From positions 38,081 through 102,080 of the forward strand of contig JAURHM010000003.1 in the NCBI GenBank assembly GCA_030833315.1: a stretch of 64,000 nt of DNA. The letters are read 5' to 3'. Source of the stretch: Burkholderiales bacterium. GTDB lineage: Bacteria > Pseudomonadota > Gammaproteobacteria > Burkholderiales > SG8-41. A program made the translations under genes and the position numbers. Below are positions 49,184 to 61,067 of this stretch, piece by piece; position 1 is the stretch's first letter; every line of letters starts with the position of its first letter. The notes below the pieces were generated by a model that worked only from the letters and a program-made list of their open reading frames with translations, ran no database searches and was not told where the DNA came from.

Positions 49184-49579
49184 TTAGGCCACGATGCAGA
49201 GAACTTCCCCGCCGATGCCCATGCCACGTGCCTTGCGATCAGTCATCACACCCTTGGAGGTTGAAACGATCGCTACGCCGAGGCCGTTCATCACATTGGG
49301 AATGTCACGGCTGGGTTTGTAAATACGTAGGCCGGGACGGCTTACGCGCTCGATTTTTTCGATCACCGGCGAACCGGCGTAGTACTTGAGAGCGACCTCA
49401 AGCACCGGCTTTGCCACTTCGCCACGAACTGCGAAGTCGTCAATGTAGCCTTCGTCCTTCAGCACCTTGGCAATCGCCACCTTGAGCTTGCTCGAAGGCA
49501 TCGACACGGACTCTTTTTCCGCCTGCTGTGCATTGCGGATGCGAGTCAGCATGTCGGAAATCGGATCATTCATGCTCAT
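49184..49579 (-). CDS. rpsH: 30S ribosomal protein S8
   Basis: [17 protein letters not shown], canonical. Confidence 0.97.
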   Translation of the reverse strand: MSMNDPISDMLTRIRNAQQAEKESVSMPSSKLKVAIAKVLKDEGYIDDFAVRGEVAKPVLEVALKYYAGSPVIEKIERVSRPGLRIYKPSRDIPNVMNGLGVAIVSTSKGVMTDRKARGMGIGGEVLCIVA

Positions 49580-49602
49580 GCAAAATTCTCCTGCAGCCTG
49601 TC

Positions 49603-49908
49603 TTACCAGCTAGCCTTGATTACGCCCGGGATTTCGCCGCGCATTGCAATCTCGCGCAACTTGCCCCGAGCCAGCCCGAACTTGCGATAAACACCGCGGG
49701 GACGGCCGGTCAGCGCGCAACGGTTGCGCAACCGGACGGGACTCGCGTTCCGCGGCAGCTTCTGCAGCTTCAGACGCGCCTCATATCGATCTTCAGGAGA
49801 CAGCTTCTGATCATCGACAAGCGCCTGGAGCTCGGCGCGCTTGGCCGCGAATTTCTTCACGGTCTTGCGACGCTTCTGCTCACGGTTTATCAGTGCAAGC
49901 TTAGACAT
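49603..49908 (-). CDS. rpsN: 30S ribosomal protein S14
   Basis: C-terminal [12 protein letters not shown], canonical long-form S14. Confidence 0.97.
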   Translation of the reverse strand: MSKLALINREQKRRKTVKKFAAKRAELQALVDDQKLSPEDRYEARLKLQKLPRNASPVRLRNRCALTGRPRGVYRKFGLARGKLREIAMRGEIPGVIKASW

Positions 49909-49917
49909 ACGTTTTCC

Positions 49918-50595
49918 TCAATTACGGAAAGGAAATTTAAAAGCGGAAAGCAGAGCCCGGCCTTCTTCATCGGACTTTGCCGTCGTCGAAATCGTGATGT
50001 TCATCCCGCGCAGGGCATCAATCTTGTCATACTCGATTTCGGGGAAAATGATCTGCTCTTTGACGCCCATATTGTAGTTGCCGCGGCCGTCAAAGCTTTT
50101 GCCGGAAATGCCGCGGAAGTCGCGAACACGGGGCAGCGCGATGCTTACCAGGCGATCAAGGAATTCATACATGCGCGCTCCGCGCAGCGTGACCTTGCAA
50201 CCGACCGGGTAACCTTCACGGATCTTGAAGTTCGCGATTGCCTTGCGGGACTTGGTCACCAGCGGCTTCTGACCGGCAATTTTGGTCATGTCGCCGACGG
50301 CGTTGTCCATGATCTTCTTGTCGGCAACCGCCTCGCCCACGCCCATATTGAGGACGATCTTCTCGATACGCGGCACTTGCATCGGGCTGGAGTAACCGAA
50401 TTTCTCGGTCAGTTCCTTGGCCACGGTTTCTTTGTAGTAGATGCTCAGACGCGCAGGAGCGGTCGGCCGTGCGGGTTTACCCTGCTTGGCGGATGCGCCG
50501 GCGGCAGCCTTGGGCTCCTTGGCGGCCTTCTTGGCCGGCTCTGCCTTGGCTTCCTTGGCAGGCTTCGCTTTTTTGGTTTCTTTGTCAGCGCTCAT
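49918..50595 (-). CDS. rplE: 50S ribosomal protein L5 with a 46-aa Lys/Ala/Pro-rich N-terminal extension
   Basis: The canonical L5 core starts at [11 protein letters not shown]...[15 protein letters not shown]. It is preceded in frame by [47 protein letters not shown]. There is no start codon at the usual position (CCT GCG CGT CTG). The ATG at 50595 forms an ATGA overlap with the rplX stop. Confidence 0.9.
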   Translation of the reverse strand: MSADKETKKAKPAKEAKAEPAKKAAKEPKAAAGASAKQGKPARPTAPARLSIYYKETVAKELTEKFGYSSPMQVPRIEKIVLNMGVGEAVADKKIMDNAVGDMTKIAGQKPLVTKSRKAIANFKIREGYPVGCKVTLRGARMYEFLDRLVSIALPRVRDFRGISGKSFDGRGNYNMGVKEQIIFPEIEYDKIDALRGMNITISTTAKSDEEGRALLSAFKFPFRN

Positions 50596-50909
50596 ACATC
50601 AACCACTTCGCCATTGGACTTGAAGAAACGAACACGGCGGCCGTCTTCCAACTGACGGATGCCGATGCGATCGGCCTTCTTGGTCGCGGGATTGAACAGC
50701 GCCACATTCGAGATATGAATGGGCATTTCCTTGTCGATGATGCCGCCGGTCTCGCCCTTGGCCGGGTTCGGCCGCTGGTGCTTCTTGACACGGTTGATGC
50801 CTTCGACAAGCAGATGGTCTGCATCGACAACGCGCAGCACCGTTCCGCGTTTGCTGCGGTCGCGGCCGGTCAGTACTACAACGTCGTCGCCTTTTCTTAT
50901 CTTGCGCAT
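50592..50909 (-). CDS. rplX: 50S ribosomal protein L24
   Basis: [24 protein letters not shown], canonical. Confidence 0.97.
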   Translation of the reverse strand: MRKIRKGDDVVVLTGRDRSKRGTVLRVVDADHLLVEGINRVKKHQRPNPAKGETGGIIDKEMPIHISNVALFNPATKKADRIGIRQLEDGRRVRFFKSNGEVVDV

Positions 50910-50923
50910 ATGCGTAACGTCCT

Positions 50924-51292
50924 TTACAGCACTTCCGGTGCGAGAGAAACGATCTTCATGAATCGTTCAGTCCGCAACTCGCGCGTCACCGGTCCGAAAA
51001 TCCGCGTGCCGATCGGCTCAAGCTTCTGATTGAGCAGAACCGCAGCGTTGCCGTCAAACTTCAGGAGCGAACCGTCATTGCGGCGCACGCCTTTGGCGGT
51101 GCGAACGACAACGGCGTTGTAAACCTCGCCCTTTTTGACACGCCCACGGGGCGCAGCGTCCTTGATGCTGACCTTGATGACGTCGCCAATGCCTGCATAA
51201 CGACGCTTCGAGCCACCAAGCACCTTGATGCACATAACGGTACGCGCACCGGTGTTGTCAGCAACATCCAGTTTGGATTGCATCTGAATCAT
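50924..51292 (-). CDS. rplN: 50S ribosomal protein L14
   Basis: [17 protein letters not shown] is the canonical start. The 13-codon upstream ORF extension is ignored. Confidence 0.96.
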   Translation of the reverse strand: MIQMQSKLDVADNTGARTVMCIKVLGGSKRRYAGIGDVIKVSIKDAAPRGRVKKGEVYNAVVVRTAKGVRRNDGSLLKFDGNAAVLLNQKLEPIGTRIFGPVTRELRTERFMKIVSLAPEVL

Positions 51293-51409
51293 GGTTTTTC
51301 CTGCTTTTCTTTCTCCAACTTGACCCACCAAACAGCGGAAAGTCAGTCTTGGAGCCCGTTCGGGCTAGGTCACCGCCTGCGGTAGCAGGACGGAAAATTA
51401 CAGCCGCAA

Positions 51410-51439
51410 ATTATATACCGCTGCGCCCAAACAGCGCAA
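51410..51439 (-). promoter_or_regulatory. Candidate spc-operon promoter in the 160-nt rpsQ-rplN spacer
   Basis: Minus strand reads TTGCGC - 18 nt - TATAAT. It overlaps an imperfect hairpin CCGCTTGCGC...GCGCAGCGG just downstream of rpsQ. Confidence 0.45.
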
Positions 51440-51452
51440 GCGGTAATTTCAA

Positions 51453-51713
51453 TCAAACGCCCCGCGACTTCTCCACCAGCTTGATCACCTTCCAGGCCTT
51501 GGTTTTGGCCAGCGGACGGCATTCCTCGATAAGCACGGTGTCGCCTTCCTTGTACTCATCGTTGGCGTCGTGGGCGTGGTATTTCTTCGACCGGGTGACC
51601 ACCTTGCCGAGCAGGGGGTGTTTGACCCGGCGCTCGACCAGAACGGTAACCGTCTTGTCCATTTTGTCGCTGACCACACGTCCGGTCAGGGTTCGTTTGT
51701 TTGCTTCGCTCAT
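51453..51713 (-). CDS. rpsQ: 30S ribosomal protein S17
   Basis: [20 protein letters not shown], canonical. Confidence 0.97.
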   Translation of the reverse strand: MSEANKRTLTGRVVSDKMDKTVTVLVERRVKHPLLGKVVTRSKKYHAHDANDEYKEGDTVLIEECRPLAKTKAWKVIKLVEKSRGV

Positions 51714-51728
51714 ATCCGCATCCCGCCC

Positions 51729-51914
51729 TTAAGCCTTGGTTGCCAGCACCGTGCGCACGCGCGCGATGTCGCGGCGCACCTTGCGCAGCTGGCTGGTGTT
51801 GGTCAGTTGCTGCGTCGCCTTCTGCATGCGCATGGAAAACTGCGCCTTCAGCAGCGATTCCAGTTCCTTGCGCAGCTCGTCGGCGCCTTTACCCTGCAGT
51901 TCGCTTGCCTTCAT
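51729..51914 (-). CDS. rpmC: 50S ribosomal protein L29
   Basis: [26 protein letters not shown] is the canonical start. The upstream ORF extension is ignored. Confidence 0.95.
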   Translation of the reverse strand: MKASELQGKGADELRKELESLLKAQFSMRMQKATQQLTNTSQLRKVRRDIARVRTVLATKA

Positions 51915-51915
51915 A

Positions 51916-52332
51916 TCAACCTCCGACCAGACGGTGCACAAAAGCCGTCGCGATCGGCAGCTTGGCCGCTGCGAGGCGGAAAGCTTCCTTGGCGATAACT
52001 TCGTTCACGCCGTCCATTTCATACAGAACCTTGCCCGGCTGGATCTCGGCGACCCAGTACTCCGGATTCCCTTTACCGTTACCCATACGGACTTCCGCCG
52101 GCTTACGCGAAATCGGCTTGTCCGGGAAAATGCGGATCCAGATCCGGCCGCCGCGCTTGATGTGACGCGTCATTGCACGACGCGCAGCCTCGATCTGGCG
52201 GGCCGTGAGACGACCGCGACCGATCGCCTTCAGGCCGTATTCGCCGAAGCTGACCTTGTTTCCGCGAGTCGCAACGCCGGTATTCCGGCCCTTCTGCTCC
52301 TTGCGGTATTTACGCCTGGCTGGCTGTAGCAC
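51916..52332 (-). CDS. rplP: 50S ribosomal protein L16
   Basis: [19 protein letters not shown], canonical. Confidence 0.97.
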   Translation of the reverse strand: MLQPARRKYRKEQKGRNTGVATRGNKVSFGEYGLKAIGRGRLTARQIEAARRAMTRHIKRGGRIWIRIFPDKPISRKPAEVRMGNGKGNPEYWVAEIQPGKVLYEMDGVNEVIAKEAFRLAAAKLPIATAFVHRLVGG

Positions 52333-53065
52333 GTTTTGCTCCTGTCTTTGCAGTTGTCCTTCTCGGCTTGCGCGCCGGTGCCGGCGCGGGCTCCTCGACC
52401 GGTGCGGCCGACGGAGTCAGGGCAGGTTGACCGCTCTTACCGATAACCTCACCCTTGAACACCCAGACCTTCACGCCGATGACGCCGTAGGTGGTCTTGG
52501 CTTCCGAAAATCCGTAGTCAATGTCGGCGCGAAGCGTATGCAAAGGCACCCGACCTTCGCGGTACCACTCGGTACGGGCAATCTCGATACCGTTGAGCCG
52601 GCCAGCGCTCATGATCTTGATACCCTGCGCACCGAGGCGCATTGCATTGGTGATCGCACGCTTCATCGCGCGGCGGAACATGATCCGCTTCTGCAGCTGC
52701 TGCACGATCGAATCGGCGATCAGCTGTGCATCGAGTTCAGGCTTGCGCACCTCCTCGATGTTGACGTGGACCGGCACGCCGAGCATTTTCTGCAGATCGG
52801 CTTTCAGGCGCTCGATGTCCTCGCCTTTTTTGCCGATAACCATGCCCGGACGCGCACTGTAAACCGTGATACGCGCATTCTTGGCAGGCCGCTCGATAAC
52901 GACGCGGGAAACGGCAGCCTGGGACAGGCGCTCTTTCAGGTATTCGCGAACCTTGATGTCTTCAAGGAGCATACCGGCGAAGTTCTTGTTGTTCGCGTAC
53001 CAGCGGGAAGCCCAATTGCGGTTGAACGCAAGACGGAACCCGATCGGGTGGATTTTTTGGCCCAT
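52310..53065 (-). CDS. rpsC: 30S ribosomal protein S3 (basic Ala/Pro-rich C-terminal tail overlapping the rplP start by 23 nt)
   Basis: [12 protein letters not shown] start, KH domain. The tail is [42 protein letters not shown]. Confidence 0.96.
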   Translation of the reverse strand: MGQKIHPIGFRLAFNRNWASRWYANNKNFAGMLLEDIKVREYLKERLSQAAVSRVVIERPAKNARITVYSARPGMVIGKKGEDIERLKADLQKMLGVPVHVNIEEVRKPELDAQLIADSIVQQLQKRIMFRRAMKRAITNAMRLGAQGIKIMSAGRLNGIEIARTEWYREGRVPLHTLRADIDYGFSEAKTTYGVIGVKVWVFKGEVIGKSGQPALTPSAAPVEEPAPAPARKPRRTTAKTGAKRATASQA

Positions 53066-53068
53066 GCT

Positions 53069-53407
53069 TTACTTCCTTCCGTCGCCGACCGTGACATAAA
53101 CATGGCACGTCGGTTTCAAGATTTGTACGCCCCGGCCTTTGGCGCGCGCGGAGAAGCGCTTCATCACCGGACCTTTTTCGACGTAAATCCGGGTGACCTT
53201 CAGTTCGTCGATATCAGCGCCGTCATTGTGCTCGGCGTTGGCGATTGCCGACTCCAGCACTTTACGGATGATGACCGCGCCCTTTTTCGGGGAGAAACCC
53301 AGAATGTTGAGCGCGTTTTCCACCGTCTTGCCGCGGATCAGATCCGCAACAAGCCGGCCCTTTTGCGGCGAAAGCCTGACGCCGATCAGTTTAGCTGTGG
53401 TATCCAT
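53069..53407 (-). CDS. rplV: 50S ribosomal protein L22
   Basis: [17 protein letters not shown], canonical. Confidence 0.97.
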   Translation of the reverse strand: MDTTAKLIGVRLSPQKGRLVADLIRGKTVENALNILGFSPKKGAVIIRKVLESAIANAEHNDGADIDELKVTRIYVEKGPVMKRFSARAKGRGVQILKPTCHVYVTVGDGRK

Positions 53408-53418
53408 ATCGATAACCC

Positions 53419-53730
53419 TTATTTCGCCGCCGGTGTCGGGGACGATTTCTTGTCAGCCGGCGATGAACCGCCTGCCTTCGAGTGGCCCTTGAACGTGCGG
53501 GTGTGGGCAAATTCGCCAAGCTTGTGGCCAACCATATTCTCCGTGACATAAACCGGCACGTGCTGCTTGCCGTTATGCACAGCGATGGTCAGACCGACGA
53601 AGTCGGGCAGAACCGTGGAACGCCGGGACCAGGTTTTGATCGGGCGCTTGTCAGAACCGGCGCGAGCCGTCTCCACCTTCTGCATCAGGTGATGATCGAC
53701 GAACGGGCCTTTTTTGATGGAACGTGACAT
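53419..53730 (-). CDS. rpsS: 30S ribosomal protein S19
   Basis: [15 protein letters not shown], canonical, with a slightly extended C-terminus. Confidence 0.97.
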   Translation of the reverse strand: MSRSIKKGPFVDHHLMQKVETARAGSDKRPIKTWSRRSTVLPDFVGLTIAVHNGKQHVPVYVTENMVGHKLGEFAHTRTFKGHSKAGGSSPADKKSSPTPAAK

Positions 53731-53739
53731 GTTTATCCC

Positions 53740-54573
53740 TTACGCCGTAGCTTTCGCATTGCGGCGACGAACGATCATGCCGCTGGTGCGTTTGTTCTTG
53801 CGCGTCTTGTAACCCTTACACATGACGCCCCAGGGACTGACCGGCGCCTGAGCGGCTGCCGTACGTCCTTCACCACCACCGTGCGGGTGATCGATCGGGT
53901 TCATTGCAACACCCCGAACCGTCGGGCGGATACCGCGCCAACGGACACGACCGGCCTTACCGATGGATTCCAGCTGATGTTCTTCGTTACCCACCTCGCC
54001 GATGGTGGCGCGGCAGTTGACGTGCACTTTGCGGATTTCACCGGAGCGCAAACGCAGCTGGGCGTATTCGCCTTCGCGAGCCAGCAGTTGCACCGAGGTG
54101 CCTGCCGCACGTGACAGCTGTGCGCCTTTACCCGGCAGCATTTCCACGCAGCAGATCGTCGAGCCGACCGGAATGTTGCGCAGCGGCAGGGCGTTGCCCG
54201 TTTTGATCGGGGCTTCGGGTCCGGAAATCAGCTGCATGCCGGCAGTCACGCCACGGGTAGCGATCACATAACGGCGCTCGCCGTCGGCGTAGCACAGCAG
54301 AGCCAGATGCGCGCTACGGTTCGGATCGTATTCAATCCGCTCAACCTTGGCTGGAATGCCGTCCTTGTTGCGCTTGAAATCGACCAGGCGGTAATGCTGC
54401 TTGTGGCCGCCGCCCTGGTGACGCATCGTGACGCGTCCATGAGCATTGCGACCGGCCTTTTTCGACTGGCTCTTCACCAGTTTTGCGACCGGCTTGCCTT
54501 TGTGCAGACCCGGGGTGACCACCTTGACCAGGCCGCGACGGCCCGGAGAAGTCGGTTTGACTTTGACTAACAT
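53740..54573 (-). CDS. rplB: 50S ribosomal protein L2
   Basis: HPHGGGEGR motif, canonical. Confidence 0.97.
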   Translation of the reverse strand: MLVKVKPTSPGRRGLVKVVTPGLHKGKPVAKLVKSQSKKAGRNAHGRVTMRHQGGGHKQHYRLVDFKRNKDGIPAKVERIEYDPNRSAHLALLCYADGERRYVIATRGVTAGMQLISGPEAPIKTGNALPLRNIPVGSTICCVEMLPGKGAQLSRAAGTSVQLLAREGEYAQLRLRSGEIRKVHVNCRATIGEVGNEEHQLESIGKAGRVRWRGIRPTVRGVAMNPIDHPHGGGEGRTAAAQAPVSPWGVMCKGYKTRKNKRTSGMIVRRRNAKATA

Positions 54574-54899
54574 TACTTCACCTCCCCTTCAGCAAAGGTG
54601 ATTTCCTGACCCGCCTTGAGGCAGACGTAGGCTTTTTTCCATGAGCTGCGTCGGCCGGTAAATTTGCCGAAGCGCTTTTCCTTGCCGCGGACATTAACGA
54701 TGCGGACCTGCTCGACTTCGAGCTTCTCGTCCTTCTTGCTCAGCATCGTTTCGACGGCAGCCTTGATTTCCGGCTTGGTCGCATCGCGGGCAACGCGGAA
54801 CACCACCTGGTTATTCTTTTCGCCGACAAGCGTGCTCTTCTCGGAGATCACGGGGGCGAGCAGGATTTGCGCGAGACGTTCTGTGCTGAATGTGCTCAT
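54573..54899 (-). CDS. rplW: 50S ribosomal protein L23
   Basis: [11 protein letters not shown]...VVFRV, canonical. Confidence 0.96.
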   Translation of the reverse strand: MSTFSTERLAQILLAPVISEKSTLVGEKNNQVVFRVARDATKPEIKAAVETMLSKKDEKLEVEQVRIVNVRGKEKRFGKFTGRRSSWKKAYVCLKAGQEITFAEGEVK

Positions 54900-55516
54900 G
54901 CCAGAAGCTCCTCGATTTTGCCCACGGCGCCTTTGGTGATCAGCACATTGGTGTGCCGGATCAGGCTGACCGGATCAGCATGGCTGACATCAACCACCAT
55001 GACGTTGGGCAGGTTGCGCGACGACAGCCGCAGGTTCTCGTCCATGCTGTCGGTAATGATGAGCACGTCATCCATGCCCATGCCCTTGAGCTTGCTGGCG
55101 AGCAGTTTGGTTTTCGGCGCATCGATGGTAAACGAGTCCACCACCGACAGACGGTCTTCGCGGGCCAGTTGCGAGAGGATCGACATCAGGCCGGCGCGGT
55201 ACATCTTGCGGTTCAGCTTGTGCGAGTAGTTCTCGTCGGGCGAGTTCGGGAAAGTCCGGCCGCCGCCACGCCACAGCGGGCTGGAGGTCATACCGGCGCG
55301 GGCGCGGCCCGTGCCTTTCTGCCGCCAGGGCTTCTTGGTCGTGTGGGTAACCGTACCGCGGTCCTTCTGGGCCCGCGTGGCCAGCCGTGCGTTGGCGAGG
55401 TAAGCGGTGACCACCTGGTGCACCAGCGCCTCGTTGTACTCACGGCCAAAAGCAGCATCCGATGCCGCCAGTTTCGCGGTCGGCTTGCCTTGATCGTTAA
55501 TGACGTTAAGTTCCAT
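54896..55516 (-). CDS. rplD: 50S ribosomal protein L4
   Basis: [14 protein letters not shown] motif, canonical. Confidence 0.97.
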   Translation of the reverse strand: MELNVINDQGKPTAKLAASDAAFGREYNEALVHQVVTAYLANARLATRAQKDRGTVTHTTKKPWRQKGTGRARAGMTSSPLWRGGGRTFPNSPDENYSHKLNRKMYRAGLMSILSQLAREDRLSVVDSFTIDAPKTKLLASKLKGMGMDDVLIITDSMDENLRLSSRNLPNVMVVDVSHADPVSLIRHTNVLITKGAVGKIEELLA

Positions 55517-55527
55517 TTAGCGTCGCC

Positions 55528-56217
55528 TCACTTCTTCGCCGGGGCGGCTTTGCCGCCTTGTTTGACTGCCGGGGGACGCCGTGTGCGAACAGCAGGGCGG
55601 ACCATCACGTCACCGCCGCGCGAACCGGGAACGGCACCGCGAATCAGCAGCAGGTTGCGCTCGACATCAATGCGCACGATCTGCAGGGACTGCTGGGTCC
55701 GCGTCACCGCGCCCATATGGCCGGGCATCCGTTTGCCGGGGAACACGCGGCCGGGATCCTGCGCCATACCGATTGAACCCGGTTTGTTGTGCGAAACAGA
55801 GTTACCGTGGCTGGCGCGGTTCGACGAGAAGTTGTGACGCTTGATGACGCCGGCAAAACCCTTGCCCTGCGACACGCCGGTCACATCAACGTATTGTCCG
55901 ACTTCGAAAATGGTTGCGGGCAGCGCGGTACCGGCTTTCAGCTCAGCCAGCTTCTCGGGGGTAACCGTGAATTCACGCATCACCCGGCCGGCCTCGACAG
56001 CCGCTTTCGCGAAATGTCCGGCAGCAGCCTTGACCACGCGCGTTGCGCGTCGCTTGCCAAAAGCAACCTGGACAGCCGAATAGCCGTCCGTTTCGGGCGT
56101 TTTAACCTGGGAGACGCGGTTGTTCGACACGTCAACGACTGTCACCGGAATGGTGTCGCCGTCATCAGTGAATACCCGCGTCATGCCGACTTTGCGGCCG
56201 ACGAGTCCTAAGCTCAT
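55528..56217 (-). CDS. rplC: 50S ribosomal protein L3
   Basis: [20 protein letters not shown], canonical, with a basic C-terminal tail. Confidence 0.97.
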   Translation of the reverse strand: MSLGLVGRKVGMTRVFTDDGDTIPVTVVDVSNNRVSQVKTPETDGYSAVQVAFGKRRATRVVKAAAGHFAKAAVEAGRVMREFTVTPEKLAELKAGTALPATIFEVGQYVDVTGVSQGKGFAGVIKRHNFSSNRASHGNSVSHNKPGSIGMAQDPGRVFPGKRMPGHMGAVTRTQQSLQIVRIDVERNLLLIRGAVPGSRGGDVMVRPAVRTRRPPAVKQGGKAAPAKK

Positions 56218-56322
56218 GTTTTAATTACCTTTTTTAAAAAGGCGCCGACTTCAATTGGCCGGCACTTCTGTTTAACAACCGGACGCCGCAGCGCCCGTTA
56301 CCACCGTTTTACAACTCGCGTT

Positions 56323-56640
56323 CTACAGCTTGATTTCTACGTCCACGCCTGCCGGCAGATCCAGCTTCATCAGCGCATCAACCGTTTTATCGGTCGGGTC
56401 GATGATGTCCATCAGTCGCAGGTGACTGCGGATTTCCAACTGCTCGCGCGACGTCTTGTTGACGTGCGGCGAACGCAGCAGATCAAAACGTTGTTTGCGG
56501 GTCGGCAGCGGAATCGGACCCTTGACCACGGCACCGGTGCGTTTCGCGGTATCGACGATTTCCAGCGCGGACTGATCGATCAGACGATAGTCAAACGCCT
56601 TCAGGCGGATACGGATTTTCTGACTTTTAAGGGCGGCCAT
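56323..56640 (-). CDS. rpsJ: 30S ribosomal protein S10
   Basis: [18 protein letters not shown], canonical. Starts 5 nt after the tuf stop. Confidence 0.97.
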   Translation of the reverse strand: MAALKSQKIRIRLKAFDYRLIDQSALEIVDTAKRTGAVVKGPIPLPTRKQRFDLLRSPHVNKTSREQLEIRSHLRLMDIIDPTDKTVDALMKLDLPAGVDVEIKL

Positions 56641-56645
56641 GTCGG

Positions 56646-57836
56646 TTACTCAATGATTTTCGCGACGACGCCGGCGCCGACAGTCCGGCCACCCTCGCGG
56701 ATGGCGAAACGCAGACCCTCTTCCATCGCGATCGGCTGAATCAGCGCAACCGTGATCGAAATGTTGTCACCAGGCATCACCATCTCCGTGCCCTTCGGCA
56801 GCTCGATCGAACCCGTCACGTCCGTCGTCCGGAAGTAAAACTGCGGACGGTAACCGTTGAAGAACGGCGTATGACGACCACCCTCATCCTTCGACAGCAC
56901 GTAAATCTCGGCAGCAAACTTCGTGTGCGGCGTGATCGAGCCCGGCTTCGCCAGCACCTGACCGCGCTCCACCTCTTCGCGCTTCGTGCCGCGCAGCAGA
57001 ATACCAACGTTGTCGCCCGCCTGGCCCTGATCCAGCAGCTTGCGGAACATCTCAACGCCCGTGCACACCGTCTTCAGCGTCGGCTTCAGACCAACGATTT
57101 CAATCTCTTCACCAACCTTGATGATGCCGCGCTCGACACGACCCGTCACCACGGTGCCGCGGCCCGAGATCGAGAACACGTCTTCCACCGGCATCAGGAA
57201 CGTGCCGTCCAGCGCACGCTTCGGCTCCGGAATGTAGCTGTCCAGCGCTTCCGCCAGCTTCAGGATCGCGCCCTCACCCATCTCACCCTTGTCGCCTTCC
57301 AGCGCCTTCAGGGCCGAACCGATGATGATCGGGGTGTCGTCACCCGGAAACTCATACTTGGAGAGCAGCTCGCGCACTTCCATCTCCACCAGCTCCAGCA
57401 GCTCCTTGTCATCAACCATGTCCGCTTTGTTCATGAACACGATGATGTAGGGAACGCCCACCTGGCGGGCCAGCAGGATGTGCTCGCGCGTCTGCGGCAT
57501 CGGGCCGTCAGCAGCCGACACCACCAGAATCGCGCCGTCCATCTGCGCCGCACCCGTGATCATGTTCTTCACATAGTCAGCGTGTCCCGGGCAGTCAACG
57601 TGAGCGTAGTGACGGTTCGCCGTCTCATACTCCACGTGCGCCGTGTTGATCGTGATGCCGCGCGCCTTCTCTTCCGGTGCCGCGTCAATCTGGTCGTAGG
57701 CCTTCGCCTCACCACCAAACTTCGTCGACAGCACCGTCGTGATCGCCGCCGTCAGTGTCGTCTTGCCGTGATCCACGTGCCCAATCGTGCCCACGTTCAC
57801 ATGCGGCTTCGTACGCTCAAATTTGCCTTTGGCCAT
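56646..57836 (-). CDS. tuf: Elongation factor Tu
   Basis: [28 protein letters not shown], canonical. Confidence 0.98.
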   Translation of the reverse strand: MAKGKFERTKPHVNVGTIGHVDHGKTTLTAAITTVLSTKFGGEAKAYDQIDAAPEEKARGITINTAHVEYETANRHYAHVDCPGHADYVKNMITGAAQMDGAILVVSAADGPMPQTREHILLARQVGVPYIIVFMNKADMVDDKELLELVEMEVRELLSKYEFPGDDTPIIIGSALKALEGDKGEMGEGAILKLAEALDSYIPEPKRALDGTFLMPVEDVFSISGRGTVVTGRVERGIIKVGEEIEIVGLKPTLKTVCTGVEMFRKLLDQGQAGDNVGILLRGTKREEVERGQVLAKPGSITPHTKFAAEIYVLSKDEGGRHTPFFNGYRPQFYFRTTDVTGSIELPKGTEMVMPGDNISITVALIQPIAMEEGLRFAIREGGRTVGAGVVAKIIE

Positions 57837-57847
57837 GATGGTGTCCC

Positions 57848-59968
57848 TTATTTCTTCTCGTCTTTGCCCGACTGCTTGTTGATGATCTCGTCAGCGATGT
57901 TGCGCGGCGCTTCGGAGTAATGCTTGAATTCCATCGTGTAGGTCGCACGACCCTGCGACAGCGAACGCAGCGTAGTCGAATAACCGAACATTTCTTTCAG
58001 CGGAACCTCGGCCTTCAGCGACTTGCCGCCGCCACCGGGAATGTCATCCATGCCCTGGATCACACCGCGACGCGAGCTCAGGTCGCCCATGACGTTACCG
58101 GTGAAATCTTCCGGGGTTTCCACTTCAACAGCCATGATCGGCTCGAGCAGCGCTGGGTTGGCGCGACGCAAGCCTTCCTTGAACGCCATCAGGCCGGCCA
58201 TCTTGAACGCGTTTTCGTTGGAGTCGACCTCGTGGTACGAACCGTCAAAAAGCGTAACCTTGACGTCGACCACCGGGAAGCCGGCGAGAACACCAGCGGG
58301 CAGCGCTTCCAGAATGCCTTTTTGCACCGCCGGAATGTATTCACGGGGCACCGAACCGCCCTTGATCGCGTCGACAAACTCGTAACCCTTGCCGGTCTCG
58401 TTCGGCTCAACCTTGAGCCAGACGTGGCCGTATTGACCGCGCCCGCCGGACTGCTTGACGAACTTGCCTTCGACCTTGTCACAGGCTTTGCGGATCGTTT
58501 CGCGATATGCCACCTGCGGTGCGCCGACGTTGGCTTCCACGCTGAATTCGCGCTTCATGCGGTCAACGATGATCTCGAGGTGCAGCTCGCCCATGCCGGA
58601 AATGATGGTCTGGCCGGACTCTTCGTCGGTACGGACACGGAACGACGGGTCTTCCTGCGCCAGACGGTTCAGCGCGATGCCCATCTTTTCCTGGTCAGCC
58701 TTGGTTTTCGGCTCGACAGCGACGTGAATCACCGGCTCCGGGAACACCATGCGTTCCAGAGTGATGATTTTCGACGGGTCGCACAGCGTGTCGCCCGTAA
58801 TCACATCCTTCAGACCAACGGCGGCTGCGATGTCGCCGGCGCGGACTTCCTTGATCTCTTCGCGCTGGTTGGCATGCATCAGGAGAATGCGGCCGATGCG
58901 CTCCTTGCGCTGTTTAACAGCGTTGTAAACGGTATCGCCCGAGTTCAGCGTGCCCGAATATACACGGATGAACGTCAACTGGCCGACAAACGGGTCGGTC
59001 ATGATCTTGAACGCAAGCGCAGAGAAAGGCTCGTTGTCATCGGCCTTGCGCGAACCTTCCTGCTCGCTCTCGAGGATACCCTTGACCGGGGGAATATCGA
59101 CCGGTGACGGCAGATAATCGATGACCGCATCCAGCATCGCCTGCACGCCCTTGTTCTTGAACGCGGAGCCGCAAAGCATCGGCACGATCTCGCCGGCAAT
59201 CGTGCGGCTGCGCAAACCGTTTTTGAGTTCTTCTTCCGTCAGGCTTCCGGCTTCGAGGTACTTGTTCATCAGTTCCTCGTTGGCCTCGGCGGCGACCTCA
59301 ATCAGCCTGCCGCGCCACTCATCGGCGACATCCTTCAGATTGGCCGGGATGTCCTGATACTCGAATTTGATGCCCTGGGAAGCTTCGTCCCAGACCACGG
59401 CCTTCATCTTCACCAGATCAATCACGCCGACGAAATTTTCCTCGGCACCGATCGGCACCTGGATGGGCACCGGGTTAGCCTTCAGGCGCGACTTCATCTG
59501 CTCGTAGACGCGGAAAAAATTCGCGCCGGTACGGTCCATCTTGTTCACGAACGCGAGACGAGGCACGCCGTATTTGTTGGCCTGACGCCATACGGTCTCG
59601 GATTGCGGCTGAACGCCGCCAACGGCGCAATACACCATGCAGGCGCCGTCGAGCACGCGCATCGAACGTTCTACTTCAATCGTGAAATCAACGTGTCCCG
59701 GGGTATCAATGATGTTGACGCGATGCTCGGGATAATTCGCGCCCATGCCACGCCAGTAGCAGGTCGTCGCAGCAGAAGTGATGGTGATGCCGCGTTCCTG
59801 TTCCTGCTCCATCCAGTCCATGGTCGCAGCGCCGTCATGAACCTCGCCAATCTTGTGATTGACGCCGGTGTAGAACAGCACGCGTTCCGTGGTAGTGGTT
59901 TTACCCGCGTCAATGTGCGCGGAAATACCGATGTTCCGGTAGCGTTCGATAGGAGTCTTGCGTGACAC
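57848..59968 (-). CDS. fusA: Elongation factor G
   Basis: [19 protein letters not shown], about 700 aa, canonical. Confidence 0.98.
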   Translation of the reverse strand: MSRKTPIERYRNIGISAHIDAGKTTTTERVLFYTGVNHKIGEVHDGAATMDWMEQEQERGITITSAATTCYWRGMGANYPEHRVNIIDTPGHVDFTIEVERSMRVLDGACMVYCAVGGVQPQSETVWRQANKYGVPRLAFVNKMDRTGANFFRVYEQMKSRLKANPVPIQVPIGAEENFVGVIDLVKMKAVVWDEASQGIKFEYQDIPANLKDVADEWRGRLIEVAAEANEELMNKYLEAGSLTEEELKNGLRSRTIAGEIVPMLCGSAFKNKGVQAMLDAVIDYLPSPVDIPPVKGILESEQEGSRKADDNEPFSALAFKIMTDPFVGQLTFIRVYSGTLNSGDTVYNAVKQRKERIGRILLMHANQREEIKEVRAGDIAAAVGLKDVITGDTLCDPSKIITLERMVFPEPVIHVAVEPKTKADQEKMGIALNRLAQEDPSFRVRTDEESGQTIISGMGELHLEIIVDRMKREFSVEANVGAPQVAYRETIRKACDKVEGKFVKQSGGRGQYGHVWLKVEPNETGKGYEFVDAIKGGSVPREYIPAVQKGILEALPAGVLAGFPVVDVKVTLFDGSYHEVDSNENAFKMAGLMAFKEGLRRANPALLEPIMAVEVETPEDFTGNVMGDLSSRRGVIQGMDDIPGGGGKSLKAEVPLKEMFGYSTTLRSLSQGRATYTMEFKHYSEAPRNIADEIINKQSGKDEKK

Positions 59969-59991
59969 GTTCTTTACCCTTTAAACCGGTC

Positions 59992-60462
59992 TTAGAACCG
60001 GTAATGTGAGAAGGCTTTGTTGGCTTCCGCCATACGGTGCACTTCTTCACGTTTTTTCATTGCGCCGCCACGACCTTCAGCAGCTTCCGTAAGCTCGCCG
60101 GCGAGGCGGGCGCCCATCGATTTTTCACCACGGCCGCGGGCCGCATCACGCAGCCAGCGCATCGCCAGTGCCATCCGGCGGACCGAACGCACCTCAACCG
60201 GCACCTGGTAGTTGGCGCCACCGACACGGCGGCTCTTCACTTCCACCAGCGGCTTGACGTTGTTGACGGCCTGATTGAACACCTCGAGGGCATCCTTGCC
60301 GCTTTTCTTGCTGATCTGATCCAGCGCGCCGTACATGATCCGCTCGGCAACCGATTTCTTGCCGCTGTTCATCAACACGTTGATGAATTTGGAAACGTCC
60401 TCGCTGCCGAATTTCGGATCCGGAAGGATTTCGCGTTTGGGAACTTCTCTGCGACGTGGCAT
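59992..60462 (-). CDS. rpsG: 30S ribosomal protein S7
   Basis: [20 protein letters not shown], canonical. Confidence 0.97.
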   Translation of the reverse strand: MPRRREVPKREILPDPKFGSEDVSKFINVLMNSGKKSVAERIMYGALDQISKKSGKDALEVFNQAVNNVKPLVEVKSRRVGGANYQVPVEVRSVRRMALAMRWLRDAARGRGEKSMGARLAGELTEAAEGRGGAMKKREEVHRMAEANKAFSHYRF

Positions 60463-60477
60463 TTCAGTAGTCCTCTA

Positions 60478-60855
60478 TCAAGCCGCTTTGGCGCGTTTGG
60501 CGCCGTATTTCGAGCGCGACTGTTTGCGATCCTTGACGCCAGCCGTATCCAGGCTGCCGCGCACAACGTGATAACGCACACCCGGCAAGTCCTTGACACG
60601 ACCGCCGCGGATAAGCACCACCGAGTGCTCCTGCAGGTTGTGGCCTTCACCACCGATGTAGCCGATTACCTCAAAACCATTGGTCAGCCGAACCTTGGCC
60701 ACTTTCCGCAGGGCCGAATTCGGCTTTTTCGGGGTCGTGGTGTAAACGCGGGTGCAAACACCGCGCTTCTGGGGGCTGCCAGCCAGTGCCGGCACCTTGC
60801 TTTTCGTGCGGGGCGCCTGACGCGGCTTGCGCACCAATTGATTTACGGTCGGCAT
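60478..60855 (-). CDS. rpsL: 30S ribosomal protein S12
   Basis: [12 protein letters not shown]...[10 protein letters not shown], canonical. Confidence 0.97.
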   Translation of the reverse strand: MPTVNQLVRKPRQAPRTKSKVPALAGSPQKRGVCTRVYTTTPKKPNSALRKVAKVRLTNGFEVIGYIGGEGHNLQEHSVVLIRGGRVKDLPGVRYHVVRGSLDTAGVKDRKQSRSKYGAKRAKAA

Positions 60856-61067
60856 TTTTCCTTGCTTCTCAATAAGTTACGACAAAATTGATCTAAGAAT
60901 TCGGCCTATCAGCAGGTTCTGAAACTTCCCGCTGACGGTTCCCAAAAAGTCCGGGGCGGCGTGGTTACTGCCCCTGACTTTTCCTGACTACCGGTGAATT
61001 GCGGGGAAAAAATAGCCGCATTTCGCCCAAAAAAGACTGTCGATTTTATGGGTCAAGCTTACTTCTG

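Noticed and set aside
60856-61067. A str-operon promoter and an rpoC terminator in the 212-nt rpoC-rpsL spacer.
   Set aside because: Candidates include TTGACC with no acceptable -10 at 17 nt, and a 5-bp GGGGC/GCCCC stem with a 12-nt loop before TTTTT. All are too weak to annotate without transcript data.
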